A stretch of 64,000 bases of DNA from an uncultured Planctomycetota bacterium. GTDB lineage: Bacteria; Planctomycetota; Planctomycetia; Isosphaerales; Isosphaeraceae. Both the position numbers and the translations under genes were made by a program. Location: positions 1,536,001 to 1,600,000 of the forward strand of contig CAWGMQ010000008.1 of the NCBI GenBank assembly GCA_963823665.1. Direction: 5' to 3'. This document shows positions 9,664 to 19,274 of this stretch, piece by piece. Numbering within the stretch: the first letter of the stretch is position 1; every line of letters begins with the position of its first letter. Under the pieces are notes generated by a model that saw nothing but the letters and a program-made list of their open reading frames with translations, was not told the DNA's origin and ran no database searches.

Positions 9664-11475
9664 GTGGAGACCCGGCCGCAATCCTCCCCCGCTGAGTCCA
9701 CCACGCTCCGGCCCCCGTCGGGCGATGGAGCCGGTGACGCCGTACCCTGGCTGCCACGCTGGGCGCGTGAATTCTCCGACCAGTTCTTTGCCGGCACAAC
9801 CTGCGTCTTTCTGCTCCACGGCAACGTGCATGACCTCACCCGGCAGGAACATGACGGCAGCCCCGCGTACGGCGGCGTCACCGAGTTCCTGGCAACCCAG
9901 CTCTTTGGCAAGTGGGACGTCGTCCTCCAGCACGACTTGAGCCTGGGACTGAAGGCCGCATCCGGCGGCGACGCCGACCGCCTGCGCCGCATGCTCGCCA
10001 TCCTCTCCGAGCGCATCGGCGAGCCCAAATCGTGGCCGCGCGATCCGGACATGATCCTCTCGCTCCTCGACAAGCTCATCCAGAGCATTCTGATGGAGGT
10101 CGATCCGGCCAAACGGATCAGCCTGGGAATCATCCTCGACTACGCCCAGTACTTGATCCCTTCCGCCGAGCTTTCGCAGATGGCCGCCGCGCAGGGAGCG
10201 CGGCTGGTGCGGCTGTTGTCCTGGGCACAGAACCCGTACATCAAGCGGCACAATATTGCTGTGTGCTTGCTTTGCGACCGTCTGGCCGAGATCAACGAGC
10301 GGTTGATCGGCAGCCCGCATCTCGCGACGCTCGAAGTCGCCATGCCCGACGCCGCTGCGCGGGAAGAGTTCGCCACCTGGTACGACAACCGCGACGCCAG
10401 GCTGGGAAACCTGACCGACTTCACTCCCAAGCAACTGGCGGAGCTGACCGCAGGGCTGAACCTGGTGAACATCGAGCGGCTGCTCGCCGGCGCCGGGCAG
10501 TCCGGCCAAAAGCTGGATTCCCAGGCCCTCAAGCGTTTGAAAAAAGGCCTGATCGAGCGCCAGGCCCGGGGCCTTGTTGAATTCGTCGAGCCGCCCCAGA
10601 CACTCGACGACTTCGTCGGCAACGACGCGATCAAGCACCGTCTCGTCGACGACGCGGCCCTCTTGACCAAGGGCCGACTCGACGCCGCGCCGATGGGGTA
10701 CTTGATCTGCGGCCCAGTGGGCACCGGCAAGACCTACCTCGCCGAGTGCTTCGCCGGCTCGGTCGGCCTGCCGTGCGTCAAGCTCCGCAATTTCCGGTCC
10801 AAGTACGTGGGCGAGACTGAGGGGAACCTCGAGCAGATCTTGAACGTGCTCCGCGCGATGGGGCCGGTCGTCGTGGTCATCGACGAAGCCGACGCGGCGC
10901 TGGGGAATCGCGAGGCCGGGGGCGACTCGGGCACCTCGAGCCGGGTCTTCTCCATGATCGCCGCGCAGATGGGAGACACGCGCTATCGCGGCAAGCTGCT
11001 CTGGATGCTCCTCACCAGCCGCCCCGATTTGCTGCCGATCGATCTGAAGCGGCAAGGACGCGCCGAAGTGCACCTGCCCCTGTTTGCGCCGGCCGATGAT
11101 GCCGAGATCGGCGTCATGATCAAGGTGCTGGCGCGCAAGAACAAGACCAGCCTGGCCGAGGAAGCCTTGCCGAAGGGCCTCTCCGGCCACGGGTTCAGCG
11201 GCGCCGACATCGAGAGCATCGTGCTTTCGGCGAAGAGAACCGCGCTGACGCAATCTCGCGAAGTGATCACCCGCGACGATCTCGACAGTACCATCAAGGA
11301 TTTCATCCCCTCGGCGCAGGGCCTGGAAAAAGAGAAACAAGAGCTGGCCGCCGTGCTCGAATGCACGTCGATGTCGTTTCTGCCCGCGGCCTGGCGGGCG
11401 CGCGTCGCCTCCGCCGACGGCCGCACCAAGCTCCAGGAACGAATGGCCGCCATCCGGCAACTGATAGAAGAGTGA
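9664..11475 (+). CDS. AAA+ ATPase (classical clade) with degenerate N-terminal P-loop domain
   Basis: N-domain VFLLHGNVHD; Walker A GPVGTGKT, pore loop SKYVGE, Walker B VVVIDEAD, SRH SRPDLLPIDLKRQGR, FSGADIE. Confidence 0.93.
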   Translation: METRPQSSPAESTTLRPPSGDGAGDAVPWLPRWAREFSDQFFAGTTCVFLLHGNVHDLTRQEHDGSPAYGGVTEFLATQLFGKWDVVLQHDLSLGLKAASGGDADRLRRMLAILSERIGEPKSWPRDPDMILSLLDKLIQSILMEVDPAKRISLGIILDYAQYLIPSAELSQMAAAQGARLVRLLSWAQNPYIKRHNIAVCLLCDRLAEINERLIGSPHLATLEVAMPDAAAREEFATWYDNRDARLGNLTDFTPKQLAELTAGLNLVNIERLLAGAGQSGQKLDSQALKRLKKGLIERQARGLVEFVEPPQTLDDFVGNDAIKHRLVDDAALLTKGRLDAAPMGYLICGPVGTGKTYLAECFAGSVGLPCVKLRNFRSKYVGETEGNLEQILNVLRAMGPVVVVIDEADAALGNREAGGDSGTSSRVFSMIAAQMGDTRYRGKLLWMLLTSRPDLLPIDLKRQGRAEVHLPLFAPADDAEIGVMIKVLARKNKTSLAEEALPKGLSGHGFSGADIESIVLSAKRTALTQSREVITRDDLDSTIKDFIPSAQGLEKEKQELAAVLECTSMSFLPAAWRARVASADGRTKLQERMAAIRQLIEE

Positions 11476-11517
11476 ACCAACACGAGTTAACCGAAGATTT
11501 CACCCGAGGCCCAACTC

Positions 11518-11820
11518 ATGAGCGCAAAGACGAATCGCACTCACTGGCTCGATGAAAAGACGGACGCACCGCTGATCGATGACTACGTCCAGCGCCTGAG
11601 CACGTTCATGGACGCCATGGCCGACGGCAAGATCGACGCGAGCGAGCTGAAATCGCAGGAGGCGCGGGTGACGGCGCTCATGAAAACCGTCGAGCCGGCC
11701 CTCGACGACAAGTTACATGAACAGGTCACGCACCTCCTTTGCGAGCTTTCCGCCTACAACATCATGAACACTCTGCACCAGATCATGGAAAGCAAGCCAA
11801 AGACGAAATTTCGGGGATGA
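11518..11820 (+). CDS. Small helical hypothetical protein (ADGKIDASE loop, TerB-like/EF-hand-like)
   Basis: 100-aa ORF directly after AAA gene, typical codon usage. Confidence 0.75.
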   Translation: MSAKTNRTHWLDEKTDAPLIDDYVQRLSTFMDAMADGKIDASELKSQEARVTALMKTVEPALDDKLHEQVTHLLCELSAYNIMNTLHQIMESKPKTKFRG

Positions 11821-11940
11821 GTGGGGCGTCGGAATGAACGCGACGTGCCCAGGTGGGGAGCAAAGGAGTCGATCCGGTCTGCCACCGAAGCGGCTCGGCG
11901 CGTTCTCCTTGCACAACACCGTGAGTCGGATGAGCGTTGC

Positions 11941-13083
11941 GTGGCGTGGGATTCGCTGAAAAAATGGCTCCGGTCCGGTCCCGGCAAGGACGCAGGCCGC
12001 GGCGCGGTTCCGCCCGCGGTCCGCTGGCTTGGCCCGGACGAGAATCCCTGGGGCGTGCCGGTGCTTGACGTCCGGCCGGTCACGCTCGGCATGATTTCCA
12101 CAACTCAGCATGAGCAATGCGCCCTCAATGCGATGTCATTCGCGCAAGATGATGGGACAGGTTTCATAGGCGCGGAACCCAAAGTGCCGCGACGGAGTGC
12201 GGTCGGGCTAAGATTCCGTATCGACCGCTTTCTCGCCGATGGCGCGCTCTTCTTGCCAACTGAAATGGAACACAAGTGGGCGCTTTATTTTCGTGGCGGG
12301 AAGATCATCTGCATCCGAAGCTGGAAGCGAGAGGTTGTGGCCGTCGCGGATTCTCGGATCGCGGGCGACCTCCTGGAAATCACCACGATTCGCGGAGCGC
12401 TCGTCTCCGAAGACGACGAACCTGCGTTCGCCGTCCGCGTGCTGGATTTCCTGCTCTGCAGCCATGCCCTTGACATGATCTATCCAGCGCCGCTGCCTTC
12501 GGGCATGGAATCCGATCCATCACTAGCCGCCTTCTGGTGCATGTCGTGCTTCGGCAACCGTGCCCATTTCGCCACGCCGTATCCGCTTCCGGAAAACCTG
12601 CCGGAAAAGCCATTGCGGACTCACTCTTTGCTGCACATCGCGGTGGCGCGTGGAGATTCAGCCGCGGTCAGGCGGCTGCTCGATTCCGGCCTGCCGGTCG
12701 ACCTTCTCGCCCGTGATGGCCTCGCGCCTCTGCACTGGGCGATCGCGCGCGAAGACACCTCCATGCTCAGCCTGTTACTTGAGCGCGGCTCTCCGGTTGA
12801 CGTGCGCTCGATTGAAGGCGCGACACCCCTGATGAACGCAGCTCAGGGACGGAGCTTGCAGAAAGTCGCTTACTTTCTCGACCACGGGGCTGACCCGAAC
12901 GCCACGGACGGACGGGGATTCACGACACTCCATCGCGCGGCCGAGATGGGCGAGATGGAAATCGTTCGCATGCTGCTTGATAGGGGAGCTTCGCGCCATG
13001 CGGAAGCGCAGGGACAGACCCCACGGAGCCTTGCTGCGTCGCGTGGTGAATCGGCAATCATTGAGCTGCTGGATGGCCCGTAA
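11941..13083 (+). CDS. Hypothetical N-terminal domain fused to C-terminal ankyrin repeats
   Basis: LLHIAV, GLAPLHWAI, GATPLMNAA, GFTTLHRAA ankyrin repeats; start uncertain (GTG 11941 or 11821). Confidence 0.85.
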   Translation: MAWDSLKKWLRSGPGKDAGRGAVPPAVRWLGPDENPWGVPVLDVRPVTLGMISTTQHEQCALNAMSFAQDDGTGFIGAEPKVPRRSAVGLRFRIDRFLADGALFLPTEMEHKWALYFRGGKIICIRSWKREVVAVADSRIAGDLLEITTIRGALVSEDDEPAFAVRVLDFLLCSHALDMIYPAPLPSGMESDPSLAAFWCMSCFGNRAHFATPYPLPENLPEKPLRTHSLLHIAVARGDSAAVRRLLDSGLPVDLLARDGLAPLHWAIAREDTSMLSLLLERGSPVDVRSIEGATPLMNAAQGRSLQKVAYFLDHGADPNATDGRGFTTLHRAAEMGEMEIVRMLLDRGASRHAEAQGQTPRSLAASRGESAIIELLDGP

Positions 13084-13119
13084 AACATCGTTCGCGTAAA
13101 CAGCCCCGGAGAGAGAACG

Positions 13120-14466
13120 TTGCCAGCTTTGCAAGCCTTGGCCCGCGAAGTAGGCCGCTATAGCTTTCGTTTCCTGCTCTTCTACTGGATTTGCTTTGCA
13201 TTTCCGTTTCCTCTGGATCTCGTCGGCCTCCCGCTTCAACTTGTTGATCCGCAGAATCAGCCAGCTTGGATGACGGCCGCCGGCGGGAAGTACGGCGAGG
13301 CCTATTCGTGGCTTAGCCGGGTTCAGAACGAAACCTGCACATGGGTTGGTGGTCGAATTCTGCACGTCGAGGTGATTATTCAGCCGACAGGCAGCGGCGA
13401 CACGATGCGGGCGTATGTCGGCTGCCTTTGCGCGGTCGTCATCGCCGCCGTTGCGGCCGCGTTGTGGACTGGTGTCGTGCTGCTCGTGCAGCGGTGGAAA
13501 CCTGACTGGGGGCCGGACCGGCGCCTGCACGCGCTCATCCGGGTGCACGTCCGCTTCTTCCTGTGCGTGATGCTTCTCGGCTACGGATTTGCCAAGGTAT
13601 TCCCGCTCCAGTTTCCCGAGCCGAGCTCCTTTCGACTCGGTCAGCAACTGGGAGACATGTCGCCCATGGGCTTGCTCTGGACCTTCATGGGCTTCTCACC
13701 ACGATATCAGATCTTTACCGGAGCGGTCGAAGCACTGGCCGGGCTCTTGCTCACAACGCGGCGAACGACACTGCTGGGCGCGCTCGTCACGCTGGTGGGG
13801 ATGACGCACATCTTCGCGCTGAATATGTGCTTCGATGTGCCTGTAAAACTTTATTCGTTCAACTATCTCATGATGGCTGTTTTTTTGGTCGCTCCGGAAC
13901 TCCCTCGGTTCATCCGTGTGTTGGTGCTGGGCAAGGCCGCTCCCGAGGAACCGTTCACGCCGTTGCTCGGCAATGTCAAGCTCGATCGACTCGCCGTCGT
14001 GCTGCGGACGCTCCTCGTGGTCGCGTTGCTCTATGGCCAAATCCAGAGAGGCTATAAGCGCTGGAGTGACATAAATGGTGGCCCCCCGGCTCCCGTGGTT
14101 GGCCGTTGGGAACTCGTCACGATGCAGGTCGACAAGACGGAACCGGGCAATGACGACCCCCTGAACTGGAGCTGGCTCGACTTCAGCAACAGGAAGACCA
14201 TGAGGCTCGCCGGGCCGAAGCCGCCGACCGTGGCTTACTTAATCACCTGGGATACCCCAGGAAAGAAGCTCACCCTGGCCAAGGTCAGGGATCCCAAGTG
14301 GTCGGCGACGTTCAAGTACGACCTACCAGAGCCGGAAAAGCTGGAGCTCGAGGGTTCAATGGATGGCAAGGCGATAACCGCGACGCTGAAACGCGCGCCG
14401 GAGAAACGCCACGAGCTCATGAACCGCGACTTTCACTGGATTTCTGAGCTCCCGTACAATCGCTGA
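13120..14466 (+). CDS. DoxX-like multi-pass membrane protein with C-terminal soluble beta domain
   Basis: TGSGDT, YGFAKVFPLQF, SPMGLLWTFMGFS, NMCFDVPVKLYS motifs; several TM segments. Confidence 0.75.
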   Translation: MPALQALAREVGRYSFRFLLFYWICFAFPFPLDLVGLPLQLVDPQNQPAWMTAAGGKYGEAYSWLSRVQNETCTWVGGRILHVEVIIQPTGSGDTMRAYVGCLCAVVIAAVAAALWTGVVLLVQRWKPDWGPDRRLHALIRVHVRFFLCVMLLGYGFAKVFPLQFPEPSSFRLGQQLGDMSPMGLLWTFMGFSPRYQIFTGAVEALAGLLLTTRRTTLLGALVTLVGMTHIFALNMCFDVPVKLYSFNYLMMAVFLVAPELPRFIRVLVLGKAAPEEPFTPLLGNVKLDRLAVVLRTLLVVALLYGQIQRGYKRWSDINGGPPAPVVGRWELVTMQVDKTEPGNDDPLNWSWLDFSNRKTMRLAGPKPPTVAYLITWDTPGKKLTLAKVRDPKWSATFKYDLPEPEKLELEGSMDGKAITATLKRAPEKRHELMNRDFHWISELPYNR

Positions 14467-14494
14467 CCCGCGACTCCATGCTGCGCTCAATCTG

Positions 14495-15184
14495 TCACTT
14501 GATGAAATTGTTGACCTGGCCATTGTAGTAGACTTCGAGTGGGTCGCGATCGACGGCACCTGGGCCAAGGTCGGTATCGGGATTCGGGCCGAGGTTGGCT
14601 GTGAGAATCTGCTCGTCGCCGGATAAGGCTCGCTGAAGCGGCCCAGTCACCCTGGCCGTCCGGGCGACGACGTGCACCTGAGCGATCGTCTGACTGATGA
14701 GCGGAGCCGAGCCCGGCACGTCAGCCAGGTATTGTTCGAGCGTGCTCTCGTCGTTGGACCAGGTTTCGGGCCGATCCAGAGTCGGGTGGAACGCCTCGTC
14801 GACCGCGTCTTGCACGCGGTTCTTGTCGCTCGCAGTGGCATCGGAATCGAGTCCCGCGGACTGGACCAGATCGTCGAGAGCGGCTTCGTCCGTGGCGAGC
14901 ATGCCGGCCTGGTTCTGGCTGACGTGCGAATGGCCCTCGGCACGAGCCAGCGCGGACTGGAAACGCGCGAAAATCTTTGGGTCGAGGGACTGGAGAATCG
15001 CGGCCGCATTCGACACGGCCGTCGCCGCCGGCACAGGGAGGACAGCCGCTGCGCCTGAGAGAAGCTGGCGGCAGTCAAGCGCCTCGCAGCCGATTACCGC
15101 CTTGCTGCGCGATACGCGGCGCATTTCTCGTTTGACGCCGGCTTGACGGAACAAACGCAACCAACCCCATGACGAGCGATCCAT
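14495..15184 (-). CDS. Planctomycete secreted helical protein with LExRxLLS-type motif
   Basis: RBS GGAGGT before ATG 15184; Arg-rich N-terminus then CEALDCRQLLS. Confidence 0.75.
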   Translation of the reverse strand: MDRSSWGWLRLFRQAGVKREMRRVSRSKAVIGCEALDCRQLLSGAAAVLPVPAATAVSNAAAILQSLDPKIFARFQSALARAEGHSHVSQNQAGMLATDEAALDDLVQSAGLDSDATASDKNRVQDAVDEAFHPTLDRPETWSNDESTLEQYLADVPGSAPLISQTIAQVHVVARTARVTGPLQRALSGDEQILTANLGPNPDTDLGPGAVDRDPLEVYYNGQVNNFIK

Positions 15185-15469
15185 CGCGATACCTCCGTGT
15201 ACAAGCGCCAACAGGTGGCGTTTCTGAATGACGGCCGCCATGCGAGCCAAAATATACAATTTCCTGATTTCGGGAAGCGAAAGTCCCGTTTCTTGGCTTG
15301 CCGAGAGCCGGGGCGCCTTCCCGACGCATGGACGCTACGCCGTCGTGACGGCCAGGGTTCGAATCGGGGTTTGGTGTAGTCAGCAAATTGGTGACGGCGG
15401 CCGTCGCAGCCCGAATCTTTGATTCCACCGGCTGCCAGCAGCTTGAGTTGGCCCGCCGTCGCAAGTAGA

Positions 15470-15655
15470 ATCCCTGGCAGAGCAACGGCGAGAGCTGGTT
15501 GCGAACAGAACCACAAGAACCTGCTTGGCGAACGGGAACCCGGTGCGAATCCGGGGCAGACGTGCTGCTGTAACGGCCGAAAGTACCTCGACAAATGTGC
15601 CACTGCGAGAGCGGGAAGGCGTCGGGGCGGCCGAAGCCAGAAGACCGGCCGGGCG
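15470..15655 (+). promoter_or_regulatory. Cobalamin (B12) riboswitch
   Basis: AACGGGAA (15531), CCCGGTGCGAATCCGGG, CTGTAA, GCCACTG (15599), GGGAAGG (15613), AAGCCAGAAGACC (15634) in canonical order upstream of B12-related genes; ends approximate. Confidence 0.92.
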
Positions 15656-15793
15656 GGGGCATCGTCGTCCTCACGATCTGGGAACCGATGCAACTGGGCC
15701 CGCCGCGATGAGCCGGCTCCCGGTTGTGTCCTTTTCCTGAAGGACATGTCCGGGAGCCGGTTGCTTTTGATGAGCGAGCGGGGAGATGGGCGG

Positions 15794-16534
15794 ATGAGCA
15801 CAGATCATGGCAAGCCGACGCCGGTGGTCATGTCGTGGAGCGGCGGCAAAGACAGCGCGCTGGCTTTGCACGAGCTTCGGAGCGACCCGCGTTACGAGGT
15901 CGTCGCCCTGATGACGTCCGTATCCGAGGAGTTTCGCCGTATCAGCCATCATGGCGTGCGCGAGGAGCTGCTCGAAGCACAGGCCGAGGCCATCGGGCTG
16001 CCGCTCACCAAGATTTACCTTCCCTCGGGCAACACCACGCCGTGCACGAATGAGGTTTACGAGGAGATCATGGCGAAGGTCATGGACAACTTCCGGTCGC
16101 GCGGCGTCTACACCGTGGGCTTCGGCGACCTCTTTCTCGAAGACCTGCGGGCCTGGCGGGAGGCAAACCTGGCGAAAGCCGGCATGACCGGACTTTTTCC
16201 GATCTGGAAACGCGACACGCACCAATTGCCGCGGCAGATCATCGCAATGGGTTTCAAAGCCATCCTTTCGTGCGTCGAAGGAAAGGTCGGAACGGGGTTC
16301 GCCGGGCGAGCGTATGACGACGACCTGCTCAACGATCTACCGGAGGGCATCGATCCCTGCGGCGAATATGGTGAGTTTCATTCGTTCGTGTACGACGGGC
16401 CGTGTTTTGGCCGGCGGCTCGCGGTGAACGTCGGCGACATCGTGACGCGGGACGGCCGGGAGTATGCGGACTTGCTCCTGGCCGAGACCCTTGTGCAGGC
16501 GTCGTGCGCCGCGAGTGAGATCCCGCCGGTTTGA
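15794..16534 (+). CDS. Dph6/diphthine-ammonia-ligase-like PP-loop ATP pyrophosphatase
   Basis: SWSGGKDS PP-loop, HGV, FGDLFLED, DPCGEYGEFHSFVYDGP. Confidence 0.92.
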   Translation: MSTDHGKPTPVVMSWSGGKDSALALHELRSDPRYEVVALMTSVSEEFRRISHHGVREELLEAQAEAIGLPLTKIYLPSGNTTPCTNEVYEEIMAKVMDNFRSRGVYTVGFGDLFLEDLRAWREANLAKAGMTGLFPIWKRDTHQLPRQIIAMGFKAILSCVEGKVGTGFAGRAYDDDLLNDLPEGIDPCGEYGEFHSFVYDGPCFGRRLAVNVGDIVTRDGREYADLLLAETLVQASCAASEIPPV

Positions 16535-16571
16535 TGAAAGACATGAGCTTTCGGAGATTGGAGGCTTTGAC

Positions 16572-17138
16572 ATGAACAAGAGATTGATTGTGCTCGTGGG
16601 GATTACCTTGGCGGCTGCGCTTGCCAGGCTGCTGCCGCATGAGCCGAACGTCACGCCGATCGCGGCGATGGCTCTCTTCGGTGGAGCGTGTTTCCGGAAT
16701 CGAAGGATGGCCTACTTGCTTCCGCTCGCCGCCATGCTGCTGAGCGACCTGGTTCTGGGGCTCACGCGATACGATCTGATGCGTCTGCTTGCGATTCAGC
16801 CGGTTGTCTATGCATGCTTCCTCATGACGACGGCCTTCGGGCGCCTCGTCACGGACCGGAGGTCGATTTTGCAGGTCGGTGGGGCCATGCTGGCCGGTTC
16901 GATCTTATTCTACGTGGTGACGAATTTCGCCGTGTGGGCCGGGGGCGAGATGAGCAACCTGTACCCGCTGACGGCGTCTGGCCTGGCGGATTGCTACGTC
17001 GCGGCGATTCCCTATTTCCGCAACAGCCTCGCGGGTGATTTCGGCTACGCCGTGATTCTGTTCGGCGGCTTGGCGGTGCTGGAGAGTCGAGTGGCCTGGA
17101 TGCGCGAGGGTGTCGCAAAGGCGACGGCAAGCGCGTAG
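16572..17138 (+). CDS. DUF6580-type membrane protein, putative ECF S-component-like corrinoid transporter
   Basis: RLLPHEPNVTPIAAMALFGGA, FYVVTNFAVW, GLADCYVAAIPYFRN; several TM helices; RBS GGAGG. Confidence 0.8.
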   Translation: MNKRLIVLVGITLAAALARLLPHEPNVTPIAAMALFGGACFRNRRMAYLLPLAAMLLSDLVLGLTRYDLMRLLAIQPVVYACFLMTTAFGRLVTDRRSILQVGGAMLAGSILFYVVTNFAVWAGGEMSNLYPLTASGLADCYVAAIPYFRNSLAGDFGYAVILFGGLAVLESRVAWMREGVAKATASA

Positions 17139-17151
17139 AGCGGGGGGCTGC

Positions 17152-18291
17152 ATGCGCGTCATTTCCTTGCTGGCCAGCGGTACCGAGATCGTCTGTGGCT
17201 TGGGCGCCGGCGAGTGGTTAGTCGGCCGGTCGCACGAATGCGACAACCCGGCCTGGGTGTCCGAGCTTCCGGCGTGCACAAAACCCACGTTCGACATTTC
17301 GATGTCGAGCCGTCAGATCGACGAGGAAGTGCGGCGCCGGTTGAAGGCACGCGAGCCGCTTTATCACATCGACACGGAGCTGATCAATTCGCTGGACCCG
17401 GATCTGCTGATCACGCAGGAGCACTGCGAGGTGTGCGCCGTGACGCCGGCTGACGTCAAGCGGGCTGGGTGTGTTTCCGCCAAAGAGGTGCTGGCGTTAC
17501 AAGCCGGTAGCGTGCAGGGGATTTTCGATGGCATTTTTTCGATTGGCCGTGCCTTGGGCCGCGAAGAGAAGGCGAGCAACCTCGTGCGGACAATGAGAAA
17601 CCGCATTGATGGAGTTCATGCTGCGGTCAAGGACCGGCGGGCGCCAAGCGTCGTGGCGCTGGAATGGACCGAACCGATCTTCGCGATGGGCAACTGGGGG
17701 CCGGAGCTGGTCGAAGCGGCCAATGGCCGGCTGTTGCTGGGCGAGAAAGGTGCCTATTCGACGGCGATCGACTGGCAGCGGGTGTGCGACGCCGACCCGG
17801 AGTTCCTGATCATCGCGCCATGCGGATTCGATCTGGATCGCACCCTCAGCGAGCTGCCGATGCTTGAAGCACAGCCGGGCTGGTTTGACCTGCGGGCAGT
17901 GCGCGAAGGGAAAGTCGCTTTCGCCGACGGCAACAAGTACTTCAACCGATCCGGCACGACGATCGTGGAGACGGTGGAGATCGTCGCGGAGATTCTCCAC
18001 GGCTATGCAGCCGGCCACCGGGGCAGGGCGTGGGTAAGCTACGCCTGCCTCGGGCAGACACGATTGATTCGCGAAGCGCATGCGCGGGCATGCGCAAAGA
18101 ACTCGCCAACCTATGTCGATCCGGTGACGGGATACGACGTTTTCACGGCTGATTTCTTGAGGCGACGTAGCGAGTGCTGTGAGAGCCGGTGCCGGCACTG
18201 CCCTTACTCGGCGGGGCACGTTGATGAATCAAGCGCACGCAAGAACTGCCAGACTCACACGAAAGATGGCAAAGAGTCGGTGGCGTTTTGA
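17152..18291 (+). CDS. BtuF-like cobalamin-binding protein (no signal peptide) fused to C-terminal DUF5522-like Cys-rich domain
   Basis: MRVISLLASGTEIV..LG...LVGRSHECD, PDLLITQ..C.VCAV, EWTEP, DGNKYFNRSG; tail YVDPVTGYDVFT...CCESRCRHCPY. Confidence 0.85.
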   Translation: MRVISLLASGTEIVCGLGAGEWLVGRSHECDNPAWVSELPACTKPTFDISMSSRQIDEEVRRRLKAREPLYHIDTELINSLDPDLLITQEHCEVCAVTPADVKRAGCVSAKEVLALQAGSVQGIFDGIFSIGRALGREEKASNLVRTMRNRIDGVHAAVKDRRAPSVVALEWTEPIFAMGNWGPELVEAANGRLLLGEKGAYSTAIDWQRVCDADPEFLIIAPCGFDLDRTLSELPMLEAQPGWFDLRAVREGKVAFADGNKYFNRSGTTIVETVEIVAEILHGYAAGHRGRAWVSYACLGQTRLIREAHARACAKNSPTYVDPVTGYDVFTADFLRRRSECCESRCRHCPYSAGHVDESSARKNCQTHTKDGKESVAF

Positions 18292-18583
18292 CCTGTCGCT
18301 GAGAACCGCCACGCGCACCGTCTGCGGGACCTTTTGCGCGGTCGGCCGTCGTTTCCAATCTCAAGCGCCGGCGCCATCCCTGGCCGTGCCCCCGGCGGCG
18401 AATTAGCGATCTCGCCGCTGGAAAATGGGAATGTGCTAGGGTATAAGTGAAAACTGGAGATCTGAGGGACAGAATCCCGATAATCGAAGGTCCTTATCGC
18501 GGGGTTTCCGCAAGAGCCGCCCACTTCCGAGACGTCGCCGAGTATGTCCGTTGCGAATGGGATCGGCCCGGAGTTCGAGTTAG

Positions 18584-19174
18584 ATGGCCAGGGAAATCTG
18601 CTTCTCAGATCGAAACGTCGTCCATGATTATTTTGGTACATTGATCTGTGAGCTCATTTCTACGGAGGAGATCTCGGAGAGAGTCAAGGAGATGGCGGCG
18701 GAGATAGGAACGGACTACGCCAACAAGACCCCTCTGGTCGTCGGCATGTTGAAGGGCGCCTGGATCTTCATGGCGGACCTTGTGCGTGCAATCCCTATCC
18801 CGGTGGAGTGTGATTTCTTGAAGGTGTCCACGTATGGACTAGCGACGTCTTTCTCGGGTCACGTCGACCTGCAGCTTGACCTCCGACGGGACATCCGGAA
18901 CGAGCACGTGCTGATCGTCGAGGACGTGATCGACACGGGGGAGGGCACGACCTGGCAGCTCAACCGCCTTCGCGAGAAGGGCCCAGCGAGTTTGCGTGTC
19001 TGTGCTCTAATGAGCAAACCTTCACGACGAAAGGTTCCAGTCGAGATCAACTATTTGGGGTTCACGATCCCTGACTGTTTCGTGGTTGGCTATGGCATTG
19101 ATAAGGGCGAGCGATTCCGCGAGCTCGATTACGTTGGGTATTGCGCCGCGGTCGATGTAGTAGTGGCCGACTGA
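18584..19174 (+). CDS. hpt: Hypoxanthine-guanine phosphoribosyltransferase-like protein
   Basis: MLKGAWIFMADL, VSTYG, VLIVEDVIDTG PRPP motif, KPSRR, FVVGYGID..ERFREL. Confidence 0.88.
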   Translation: MAREICFSDRNVVHDYFGTLICELISTEEISERVKEMAAEIGTDYANKTPLVVGMLKGAWIFMADLVRAIPIPVECDFLKVSTYGLATSFSGHVDLQLDLRRDIRNEHVLIVEDVIDTGEGTTWQLNRLREKGPASLRVCALMSKPSRRKVPVEINYLGFTIPDCFVVGYGIDKGERFRELDYVGYCAAVDVVVAD

Positions 19175-19274
19175 CAGCGCTCAATGCACCCGACCAAGGC
19201 AGGGCGCTTCTTGCTGTCTCGTGGATGAGAATCATCAGCCGGACCGCGCGAGTTTCCCACGCAGGTGGTGAAGG

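Noticed and set aside
8833..11460. 875-aa minus-strand ORF
   Set aside because: Antisense shadow of pspA and the AAA ATPase in high-GC DNA; no domain motifs
18447..18644. 65-aa ORF with KOW-like IIEGPYRG upstream of hpt
   Set aside because: Overlaps the hpt start, begins at the putative -10 box with no RBS, and the similarity is too short to support
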